A DNA stretch of 64,000 bases. Origin: an uncultured Clostridium sp. (GTDB taxonomy: Bacteria > Bacillota > Clostridia > TANB77 > CAG-508). The stretch lies in assembly GCA_946497695.1 (NCBI GenBank), contig CAMMLJ010000007.1, forward strand, positions 3,043-67,042, in the 5' to 3' direction. Made by a program: the position numbers and the translations under genes. Every line of letters begins with the position of its first letter. Within the stretch, counting starts at the first letter, position 1. Under the pieces are notes generated by a model that was given only the letters and a program-made list of their open reading frames with translations, was not told the DNA's origin and ran no database searches. Positions 56,378 through 64,000 of the stretch are shown here, piece by piece.

Positions 56378-57025
56378 CTATTTAGTTTCTTCAAAAGACA
56401 TACTTGATACCCTACCATTATCAAAAAATGTTGTCTCTGCATGCTTAAATTTCATTCTCTTAAATTGTACATATTGGTAATATATTTTTGCAGCTTCTTG
56501 TAAGTCAGTCCAATTTACAGATGTATTAACATTTAATTCTGTACACAACTTTTGAAAAGACTCTGAACTATTACTACTTGCTTTTGCTAAATATTCCCAC
56601 TGCGAATCAGAAATTTTCCCATTATATTTAGTTGAATTTGTTGTTTGATTCATTACACTCTCAATTCTTGAATTTATTGTAGATAAATTATATGTTCCTT
56701 TAACAAATAAATTGTCTGTAGAACCTGATAACTCTTGAATTTTTACTGTTAAATTCATAGTTCCATAATTACTATATTTTACATCATCACTAATATTATA
56801 ATCGCTCATCTTATTTACAAGACCTAATAATTCACTACCATATAAAACTTTTTCATAAGATAAATAACTTTTATTAAAATCTTCTACTTTTTGAACTTCG
56901 ACCTCTTCTTGTTGCATTCTTTGACTATCGCCCCAATGAGTAAAGACATAATATACTAATACTGCAAGCATAACTGCAATTAAAACTCCACCAGCAATAG
57001 TTAATGCTTTTGATGCGTTCTCCAT
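56378..57025 (-). CDS. Pilin-like protein, MENA-family paralog 1
   Basis: MENASKALTIAGGVLIAVMLAVLVYYVF... 215 aa. ..KVEDFNKSYLSYEK parallels the post-helix motif of the other paralogs. Confidence 0.5.
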   Translation of the reverse strand: MENASKALTIAGGVLIAVMLAVLVYYVFTHWGDSQRMQQEEVEVQKVEDFNKSYLSYEKVLYGSELLGLVNKMSDYNISDDVKYSNYGTMNLTVKIQELSGSTDNLFVKGTYNLSTINSRIESVMNQTTNSTKYNGKISDSQWEYLAKASSNSSESFQKLCTELNVNTSVNWTDLQEAAKIYYQYVQFKRMKFKHAETTFFDNGRVSSMSFEETK

Positions 57026-57043
57026 ATTTTTTCTCCTTTACTT

Positions 57044-59116
57044 TTACATGTTTGACATTGTAGTAAATGAACTTGACATACTTGTTAAACCTATAAATAC
57101 TAATGGTGCAATTAAATATCCAACAAACATACATACCATAGGAGCGAAACCAATTCCTTTTCCAATTAAGCCTTTGTTAGAAATTAATCTGTCATTAGAT
57201 TCTTTTCTCTTAGCTTGGTAGTAGTCTCTTTCTGTATCTAATTCATCAAATGCTTCTACAATAGGTATCTTTTCTACTGCAGCTTGAAGACTTTCTACAA
57301 TTCTTATCATATCTTGATATGATATATCTTCTTTTAATTGTTCTAGAGCTTCCCATGCTCCAGCTTCATAGTTATTAACACACTTACTAATTGGCTCTTT
57401 GAATATATTAGCATATCTTTCTAGCCATTCTAAAATCATTTCAACATTTACTCTTTCAATTCTCATAAGCATTAATATAATTGTTTGGAACTGCATTACT
57501 TCGTTTTCCATTTCCATTTGTCTCATTTTCTTTTGGAATATTAAAAGTAATATTGGAAAAGCATATCCAATTAATCCAAATACCAATCCTATCAATATTT
57601 CAAACCATTTTAAATATTCTCCATTAATTGTTTGCAGCTTTTCATATATTCTTTCTGAATCAGTAGCTAATGTATCTTCTGTAGCCCCTTCGTAATATTC
57701 TGATCTCTGCATTGCTCTTAATATATCATCTTGTGTCGCTGTTAAATTTCCTCTAAACATGTCCAAGAAAATATTATCTATCCTAGTCGTCTCAATAGCT
57801 TCCTGTTCATCTGCCTCACCCATTGCCCCCATTAGATCATAATCAGTAGTCGGTTCGGTATATATATAATTAACTTGCAATTTATGTAAATATATCATTA
57901 TTATTATTGATGCTATAAAAACTACTATAAACAAAACTATTCTATTTACATACACCCAAGAGAGTTTAAGTGGTGATGCTGCATCTTTTAATAATTCTTT
58001 TTGTTTTCTATAATCTGTTGATCCTTCTTTTGGAATAAATAGGTCAACAAATTTCTTAATTGGTTTCTTTTTATATAATTTTTCCTGCCATGGGTTCTCT
58101 GTATTTTGTGTTTTTGTATTAACTGAACCATTATCTTTTAATTTTCTAGTAAGTGTATAACAAATGAATGTTAATACAATTACTAATATTTGTACAATCA
58201 TCCCTTGTTTTCCCATGTAGAAACTCTTTGTAAATGAGAATTGGCTTACAGACCAATTCTTTATCATTTCTAAGAATAGCATCGGTACAATAGAAATTAC
58301 AGATAAACTTTGGAAAACATAATCTAGTTTATCTCTTTTTAAAATTTCTAGTTGCATTTCCTGTGTTATATTATTTAAGTTCTTTAAATATAAAGAAGCT
58401 CCATCTTTCTTTCTGTCACCATATTCTTTTGTTAAGTAAGAAATTCCTGCAAATTCCTTTAAATAACTATTTGGTGCCACATCATAATACTTTTCCAATT
58501 CCATTTCTGGATCATCAGAAATTAATATTTCATAAATTTTTTCTGCTTGTCTTGAAACTTCTAATTCATTATCCTGTGCTGTTTGATATATTGCTTCCTC
58601 TACCATGTTAAATTCATGGTATGCGTGTCTTATTTCTCCAAAGAAGTTAATTTGTTGTTTTAACAAATTATTATCAATTTTATCTACCATTCCATCTATC
58701 ATACTATCCATTATGAAGATTTCAAAAATTATTAAAATTCCTAGTAACAAAAAATTAGTGTAAGTAAGCCATATAATAACAATAGTAAAAGGTATAACAA
58801 TTACTAAACCTTTTGTTAATATTTGTGAAGCTTGTTTTCTTGTCAAATATTCATCATCTATATTTAATATTTCCAATCTTCTACGTAATTTTAATAAATA
58901 ACGTTTTATAAGTGGAATTTTTCTATATTTTAAATATAGTCTTTGAAATATAATATCTGCAGAAAATGTTGACTTCTGTGTCCCTCTTCTTAATTGCTGT
59001 ATTTGTTTGTATTGGGAACTTTGCATTTTTTTCCTAATTTGCAAATAAGCGATAACAATTATTAGAAAAACAACACCTATTGCTATAAGAAAATATAATA
59101 ATACTTGATTTGACAT
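57044..59116 (-). CDS. Polytopic platform protein, apparent TadB-TadC (two T2SS-F-like modules) fusion
   Basis: 690 aa. It has two cytoplasmic helical modules, each followed by TM helices. The second (NEVMQFQTIILMLMRIERVNVEMILEWLERYANIF...GAWEALEQLKEDISYQDMIRIVESLQAAVEKIPIVEAFDELDTERDYYQAKRKE) follows the TadC/GspF-domain pattern. It sits directly after the ATPase gene. Confidence 0.6.
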   Translation of the reverse strand: MSNQVLLYFLIAIGVVFLIIVIAYLQIRKKMQSSQYKQIQQLRRGTQKSTFSADIIFQRLYLKYRKIPLIKRYLLKLRRRLEILNIDDEYLTRKQASQILTKGLVIVIPFTIVIIWLTYTNFLLLGILIIFEIFIMDSMIDGMVDKIDNNLLKQQINFFGEIRHAYHEFNMVEEAIYQTAQDNELEVSRQAEKIYEILISDDPEMELEKYYDVAPNSYLKEFAGISYLTKEYGDRKKDGASLYLKNLNNITQEMQLEILKRDKLDYVFQSLSVISIVPMLFLEMIKNWSVSQFSFTKSFYMGKQGMIVQILVIVLTFICYTLTRKLKDNGSVNTKTQNTENPWQEKLYKKKPIKKFVDLFIPKEGSTDYRKQKELLKDAASPLKLSWVYVNRIVLFIVVFIASIIIMIYLHKLQVNYIYTEPTTDYDLMGAMGEADEQEAIETTRIDNIFLDMFRGNLTATQDDILRAMQRSEYYEGATEDTLATDSERIYEKLQTINGEYLKWFEILIGLVFGLIGYAFPILLLIFQKKMRQMEMENEVMQFQTIILMLMRIERVNVEMILEWLERYANIFKEPISKCVNNYEAGAWEALEQLKEDISYQDMIRIVESLQAAVEKIPIVEAFDELDTERDYYQAKRKESNDRLISNKGLIGKGIGFAPMVCMFVGYLIAPLVFIGLTSMSSSFTTMSNM

Positions 59117-59141
59117 TTAAGGTTTGTACACCCCTTTCTTA

Positions 59142-61094
59142 TTACTCTTTTGTCTTTCTTGGTCTTCCTGCTCTTCTAACAGTTTTAGCTTCTTCTGCAT
59201 TTTTTGAAGTTACTTTTGAAGTGCCCCAATGATCTTCTATAAATTTATCAAATTCTGCTAAATCTTTATCATCCATATTTAGTCTCATTTCTTGTATGTT
59301 ATGATCTGTAATTTTATTTGTTATAACATATTCTCCGTCATGATATTCCATAATGTTTCTATATGTATATAATTGTTTATTTGTTATCTTTGTAAAATAA
59401 TGTGTTGCATTATCAAAGAATTTTTCAAACTTACCTTCTAATGTTTTTTCATTTCTAAAATCGAATGTATATTCATTTTTTTCTTCTACAGGTATACATT
59501 CTGTAACTCTTTCTATATATCTTCTACCTCTAAAGTCTTTTACTAAGTGAATATCAAAATTTAATACTTGTACAACTTGTTCTTCTGCTGTTTTTTCATT
59601 TGTGAACACACCAGTTCTGAGCATTGAGTTTCTTAATGCTGTAACCAAATCTGGGAATGTTTTAGCATGGTGTGTAAATAATGTAAACTTAGAAGCAACC
59701 TGAGCTGCTTGAATCATCCAAGAAGCAACAGGGTCAGTTGCAACCTCACCTATGATATTAACAGAACCATCAGTCTTTTTCTGAACGTCCAATCCCTCTT
59801 GTCCAGAAATTGTTTCTGTTTCTCTAAATGTTAAAATATTTCTTGTAGGATAAATTTTTCTTAAGTGAAGCTCAAATGCAGTTTCCTGAACCCTTATGTT
59901 CATTGTTTCATAAATATTTTCTATCATACCCATAAGCATTGTTGTTTTACCACAACCTTGCTCACCAGTAAGTGAAACTATACGTGCACCTTTTACTAAA
60001 TATTTTAATAATGAAATTGCATCTTCTTTTCCTGGTATTGTAATTAATTGTTCAAGTGTAGCACGTTTTACATCGAATTTTCTTACGAAGAAAGCCCATG
60101 TTTCAGAAAAACTTGGTCTAACAACAACAACACGAGAACCATCTTTCATTTCATTAATCTTATAACCATTTGTATCTGACAATTGTCCTGGGTTATTGTA
60201 TTTATAAATATTTTGACAAACTCTTTTTAGTTCTGCTTCTGAACCAAAAGAAAGAAAAGCTAAACGTATAGATTTACCTTGGAAGAATATCCAAATACTA
60301 TCACAAGCACGTGGTACTTTATGTTCCATAACTTCGTTTAAATAGTCACCATCTGTTTGTGCAACTTGGCTTAAAAAACTTTCTGGAAGTCCAGATACAC
60401 CACCAGATACACCATCTATATTCATATCTCTTATTTCATCTATAGAACTATATCCTTTATAATGTTGATAAATTCTTTGTACTACTACATTTAATTTATC
60501 TGAGAATGTAAGTACAAAACCTTCTCTTTCATATATATCATTTATTTCTTCCTCTGTTATTACATAACAAGGTTTAGCATCTCCTGCTACATATTTTAAT
60601 GTATCTAATTCATATTTCTTTATTAATTCTGTTAATGCTTCATATCCAAATTCTTTTTTATACATATATATAATAATATCGAACTTGTCTTGTGGTGTAA
60701 GTAATGAAGGAATATCAAAAGGAATTGACTTTGAAATATTTGTTTCATCTACTCCATACTCTTTTGAAAGTATGTCATAAATTAATTCTTTTACATATTT
60801 CTTATCATTAACATCTCCATATGTACAGCCTTTTAAAGCCTTTTTCAATTCATATTTTTTGTTTTTTCTTCTTTTTAATTCTTCTTCTGTTAGCCCTAAA
60901 TCATATAAATTTATTTTTGTTATTTCATCAAGTCTTTTCTTGATATATTCAGTCATCTTTTGTAAAGTATATGTTTGATCATCAACATCTACTAGTTTTT
61001 CTACTTCTGCATTCTTTTTCTTCTGTATATTTCTATATACTAAATACACAAATACTAAGGCAACAGCTAGTATTAATACAATATTAAGAATCAT
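59142..61094 (-). CDS. CpaF/TadA-type secretion ATPase with an N-terminal TM helix and a C-terminal AT-hook-like tail
   Basis: Walker A LTGEQGCGKTTML. DGSVNIIGEVATDPVASWMIQAAQVASKFTLFTHHAKT matches the CpaF pattern D.I.IGE.R..E......QA...G....T.HA. N-terminus MILNIVLILAVALVFVYLVY. C-terminus ..KTVRRAGRPRKTKE. Confidence 0.85.
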   Translation of the reverse strand: MILNIVLILAVALVFVYLVYRNIQKKKNAEVEKLVDVDDQTYTLQKMTEYIKKRLDEITKINLYDLGLTEEELKRRKNKKYELKKALKGCTYGDVNDKKYVKELIYDILSKEYGVDETNISKSIPFDIPSLLTPQDKFDIIIYMYKKEFGYEALTELIKKYELDTLKYVAGDAKPCYVITEEEINDIYEREGFVLTFSDKLNVVVQRIYQHYKGYSSIDEIRDMNIDGVSGGVSGLPESFLSQVAQTDGDYLNEVMEHKVPRACDSIWIFFQGKSIRLAFLSFGSEAELKRVCQNIYKYNNPGQLSDTNGYKINEMKDGSRVVVVRPSFSETWAFFVRKFDVKRATLEQLITIPGKEDAISLLKYLVKGARIVSLTGEQGCGKTTMLMGMIENIYETMNIRVQETAFELHLRKIYPTRNILTFRETETISGQEGLDVQKKTDGSVNIIGEVATDPVASWMIQAAQVASKFTLFTHHAKTFPDLVTALRNSMLRTGVFTNEKTAEEQVVQVLNFDIHLVKDFRGRRYIERVTECIPVEEKNEYTFDFRNEKTLEGKFEKFFDNATHYFTKITNKQLYTYRNIMEYHDGEYVITNKITDHNIQEMRLNMDDKDLAEFDKFIEDHWGTSKVTSKNAEEAKTVRRAGRPRKTKE

Positions 61095-61115
61095 TTTTGA
61101 AACTCCTTCCTAAAC

Positions 61116-61949
61116 TTATCTCATCATTTGCATTTCATCTATTTTATATAAAATTCCTTGGATTAACTCTTTTACATCAAGTAAAAATTTTGCATTTCTA
61201 TCTTTATCTGATATTGTCTGCATTTTTAAGAAATAATCCACAACTAATCCTTCATCACATGCATCAGAAAATAAAGTATTGTATACTATTGGGAATAATG
61301 AATCCTTAGTTTTTATTGTTCTTATAATATTTTTTTGAGTATATTTAGAAAATTTGTCATATCTTCCAATATATCCAACAATATTATTCATTTTTGAAGT
61401 ATAGCCTTCTTTTCTAGATTTAGCATAATTCTCTATAGAATGACGTTTTTGTGTCATTCCATAAACAAGTACATCAGAAATCGTTAAAATATCTTGCGCT
61501 AGTTCATTTATTCCTTTTTTTAAATCCACAAGTACTATATCATACACCATACTAGCTTTTTTGATTAGAGATACATAAAAAGCATCAATTGTAGGTGTTT
61601 CTACTCCATCATATCCTGATAATACTTCTAGTCTATCTTTAAAAATTATCCCTGTATAATCTTTTATTAATTCTGGAGACAATTTATTGCTTCCTTCTAT
61701 TTTCATTAAACCTGTAACTCCAGATTCAATTCCTACCGATTTTTTAGTTAAATTTAATAAAGATAATAAATTAGTTTTTTGTGCTTTTGGTTTTAAATAT
61801 GCAGCCTCAAATTCTTTATTATTTTCATATGTGGAAATTAACAACACTTTTTTATTGTGTTGTATAGCCATTTGTGTAGCCACAGCAATCGCTGTTGAAG
61901 TTTGTCCTGTTTCTTTATCATCCTCTGTCCAAAAAGATACTATAGCCAT
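61116..61949 (-). CDS. ParA/MinD-fold protein with a degenerate P-loop (TadZ/CpaE-like)
   Basis: IVSFWTEDDKETGQTSTAIAVATQMA..KKVLLIST aligns with IAV.S.KGGVGKTT.A.NLA......KVLLID, with the P-loop Lys replaced (GQTS). YDIVLVDLKKG resembles Walker B. Confidence 0.5.
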   Translation of the reverse strand: MAIVSFWTEDDKETGQTSTAIAVATQMAIQHNKKVLLISTYENNKEFEAAYLKPKAQKTNLLSLLNLTKKSVGIESGVTGLMKIEGSNKLSPELIKDYTGIIFKDRLEVLSGYDGVETPTIDAFYVSLIKKASMVYDIVLVDLKKGINELAQDILTISDVLVYGMTQKRHSIENYAKSRKEGYTSKMNNIVGYIGRYDKFSKYTQKNIIRTIKTKDSLFPIVYNTLFSDACDEGLVVDYFLKMQTISDKDRNAKFLLDVKELIQGILYKIDEMQMMR

Positions 61950-61968
61950 TTTACTCTCCTTTTCAAGA

Positions 61969-62652
61969 TTAAATTTCTTTCATTATTTTCCTTACCATAA
62001 GGCCTTGAAGTTTAGGATCTATCTTGGCAACTACAAATTCCATTCCATCTTTATACATACTTGTCAAATTCTCAAATCTAACTTTTGCTACTTTTTGGTT
62101 ATTTATAATCGCTGTTTTATCTCCCATTTCCAAAGGAAAATATATTCTGTCATCTTCCCACATAACTTTTGAGCCTAATGATAAATAATTTAAATAGTCA
62201 TCATCTTCTTTTGTAACTTCTTTTGCAAATAATACTTTTGTCATTTTTATTGGATTTGGAAAGCCATTTAAAATTTCTAGTCCTCTTCTAACATCATATG
62301 TATCAAAAGATGTTACAAAAAAGTTTTGTACTGCTTTATCTATTTTAAAATTCATTGCACTTTCAGCATTATCTATATCAACCAAAACATAATCATATTC
62401 TAATGTTTCTATACTTCTATTCGTATAATCTGCTATTCCTTCTATATTTTTAAATCCAACTGCAATATCTATTTCTTCAAATTCTGTTATATAAGACAAA
62501 GTAGGATTTAGTGCAGGCACAACATATTTTGCTTTTTGAGTAATTGTTGTATCTGCAATTAATACTTTTTGGCCTAATACAGTTAGAATTTTAGCAATAT
62601 ATATAATTAAATCCGTTTTATCAAAAGCTCCTATAAATCCTACTTCTTTCAT
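61969..62652 (-). CDS. Second ParA/MinD-fold-like protein, P-loop more degenerate
   Basis: VGFIGAFDKTDLIIYIAKILTVLGQKVLIADTT and YDYVLVDIDN keep the fold pattern but not KGGxGK[ST]. Confidence 0.4.
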   Translation of the reverse strand: MKEVGFIGAFDKTDLIIYIAKILTVLGQKVLIADTTITQKAKYVVPALNPTLSYITEFEEIDIAVGFKNIEGIADYTNRSIETLEYDYVLVDIDNAESAMNFKIDKAVQNFFVTSFDTYDVRRGLEILNGFPNPIKMTKVLFAKEVTKEDDDYLNYLSLGSKVMWEDDRIYFPLEMGDKTAIINNQKVAKVRFENLTSMYKDGMEFVVAKIDPKLQGLMVRKIMKEI

Positions 62653-62670
62653 ATTTCCTCCTAATTCAAA

Positions 62671-63696
62671 TTAATTTACTGTACTTGTATCTGTTGTAGT
62701 TGCTGTGTTTCCAGCGCTTGTAGTTGCACTTGCTGCAGCTGCATCTTCAAGCGATTGCAAATATTGTTGTCTTAATTCTTTTTGTTGTGTAATATGTTCT
62801 TCTACAGAAGTTTCTAAATTAGATTGTCTATCTTCTGCATCAACACTATTTATTTGTCCATTAATAAAGTTTTCTCTTAAAGTACGATTATATCTATTTG
62901 CTATAGCTGCTTTTGCTTCTTCTACTATATTTGGATTCGAATCCATTAAGTTAAGTGCTTCTGCATTTACTGGATATGTTGGTGTTGCTGCTACTTGCAT
63001 TCCTGGATCTGTGTATCTTGTTACATACATTTCAGCTGTTGATAACTGATATGTTTCTATGATTGCACTTGACATAGAAATTGTTTCATCTTCTGATAAA
63101 TTTATAGTAATTACTCCTTCTGCTGGCGCTCCTGCAATCTCTGGAATTGTTACTTGTTTCTTAGCCACAACTATGTAATCTTGTCCATTTCCAAAACGTA
63201 TACGAACATCTACAAAATCGCCATCTACTAAATCTGTAGGTAATGACAACATATTATACTCTTGTCTTCTCAAGTCATTTGTAACTTGTTCTGAACTTGT
63301 TGTTAACATATCTTTAGTTAAAATTGTTCCTGCTTTTAAATCTATTTTTGCAACTATATCTGATCTTGGTTGAGTTAAACCTTCGTCAGAATAGAAATCA
63401 GATGAAGTTGCTACATTCTCTGGCACTACAGCACCATCTGCTTCTTCTTGTTGTATATTAGGTATTCTAGATGTGTCTCCTTCTATCGCTGAAATCTGCA
63501 CTCCTGAACCTGAAGATATATCTTCAGATACAACATATACAACTCTTTTAGCTGCTTCTAGCGCATCTTGTTCCTTTTTTAAATTAATTAATTGCATAAA
63601 TAGTAAAGCAATTACTATTGCTGCTATAATTAACATTACTAACATTCCTAATAAAAATGATACTCTTTTTTGTCTTTGCATTGGATTTGAAGCCAT
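62671..63696 (-). CDS. cpaB: CpaB/RcpC-like Flp-pilus assembly protein
   Basis: N-terminal TM helix. VYVVSEDISSGSGV... and IDLKAGTILTKDMLT.....LSLPTDLVDGDFVDVRIRF...DYIVVAKKQVTI follow the SAF plus RcpC beta-clip pattern (..pGd.VDv...). Low-complexity A/T/S tail. AAGGAGG RBS. Confidence 0.72.
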   Translation of the reverse strand: MASNPMQRQKRVSFLLGMLVMLIIAAIVIALLFMQLINLKKEQDALEAAKRVVYVVSEDISSGSGVQISAIEGDTSRIPNIQQEEADGAVVPENVATSSDFYSDEGLTQPRSDIVAKIDLKAGTILTKDMLTTSSEQVTNDLRRQEYNMLSLPTDLVDGDFVDVRIRFGNGQDYIVVAKKQVTIPEIAGAPAEGVITINLSEDETISMSSAIIETYQLSTAEMYVTRYTDPGMQVAATPTYPVNAEALNLMDSNPNIVEEAKAAIANRYNRTLRENFINGQINSVDAEDRQSNLETSVEEHITQQKELRQQYLQSLEDAAAASATTSAGNTATTTDTSTVN

Positions 63697-63826
63697 TTAT
63701 TATTCCTCCTTAAATAATTAAAATTCAATATAATCTGATTTTATTTTACAACACTCTACCTTTTAAAACAATATATAGCATAATTTCGTAATCTAAATAT
63801 AATATTTTTGTAATAAAGTAGTAATA

Positions 63827-64000
63827 TTATATAACAATATTTTCTAACGCTTTTGCTACCCCATCTTCATCATTTGTTGTAGTTATAAAATCAGCAACTT
63901 GTTTAACTTGTTCATTGCTATGTCCCATGGCAATTCCCATACCAGCATTTTTTATCATAAGTATATCGTTATTATTATCTCCAAGTGAAATAACTTCTTC
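63827..64000 (-). CDS. Cof-type HAD-IIB phosphatase (3' end only; ORF enters from beyond nt 64000)
   Basis: Own translation: EEVISLGDNNNDILMIKNAGMGIAMGHSNEQVKQVADFITTTNDEDGVAKALENIVI-stop. GDxxNDxxM...G.AMgNa....K..A...T..N.edGVA is the Cof/YidA C-terminal signature. Confidence 0.8.
   Translation of the reverse strand, partial: EEVISLGDNNNDILMIKNAGMGIAMGHSNEQVKQVADFITTTNDEDGVAKALENIVI

Noticed and set aside
1-64000. Scan for rRNA, tRNA, tmRNA, RNase P, SRP RNA and transposase/IS elements.
   Set aside because: The G+C-rich patches that structured RNAs would produce in this AT-rich background were found only at terminators, the T-box and the dispersed repeat. No DDE, serine or tyrosine recombinase motifs were seen in any ORF. 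A covariance-model scan would be needed for certainty.

Overview
This is a very AT-rich chromosomal segment (spot counts give about 22-30% G+C) from a spore-forming Firmicute of the class Clostridia. Sporulation genes present are spo0A, spoIVB, spoVG, yyaC and a spoIVFA/FB-like pair. I support about 70 protein genes, most on the minus strand.

Core content: gatCAB, a T-box-controlled aspS, adhE, murC, rpsT, hslO, rpiB, a P-type ATPase, two ABC exporters (one with a GntR regulator), an OmpR/histidine-kinase pair, a Nudix hydrolase, yigZ, a BaiN-like flavoprotein and a YnbB-like PLP enzyme.

Accessory content:
- A type II R-M cargo island (1-3.3 kb) next to a decapitated M14 peptidase relic.
- A somewhat G+C-richer two-ORF insert (11.5-13.1 kb).
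- An orphan three-gene operon beside spo0A (13.1-16.3 kb).
- A sortase with an atypical TQXA/CnaB surface protein (22.9-24.7 kb).
- A WecA/TagO-type transferase fused to rubredoxin, followed by an untracked stand-alone rubredoxin gene (31.0-32.5 kb).
- A 12-kb Tad/CpaF-type type IV filament locus (51.6-63.7 kb).

The Tad-like locus is the best candidate for a poorly described system. It encodes CpaB, two degenerate ParA-like proteins, a TM-anchored CpaF/TadA ATPase with an AT-hook-like tail, and a fused TadB-TadC platform. It also encodes five paralogous proteins that start directly with M-E/D-N-A-S-K-A-L plus a hydrophobic helix, with no recognisable prepilin leader. No prepilin peptidase is in the window.

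A short palindromic repeat (TAGGGATTT-GGGACGTTCC-AAATCCCTA) recurs at six or more intergenic sites. I recognised no rRNA, tRNA, CRISPR array, integrase or transposase. All family assignments come from motif recognition by eye and from memory; no searches were run.
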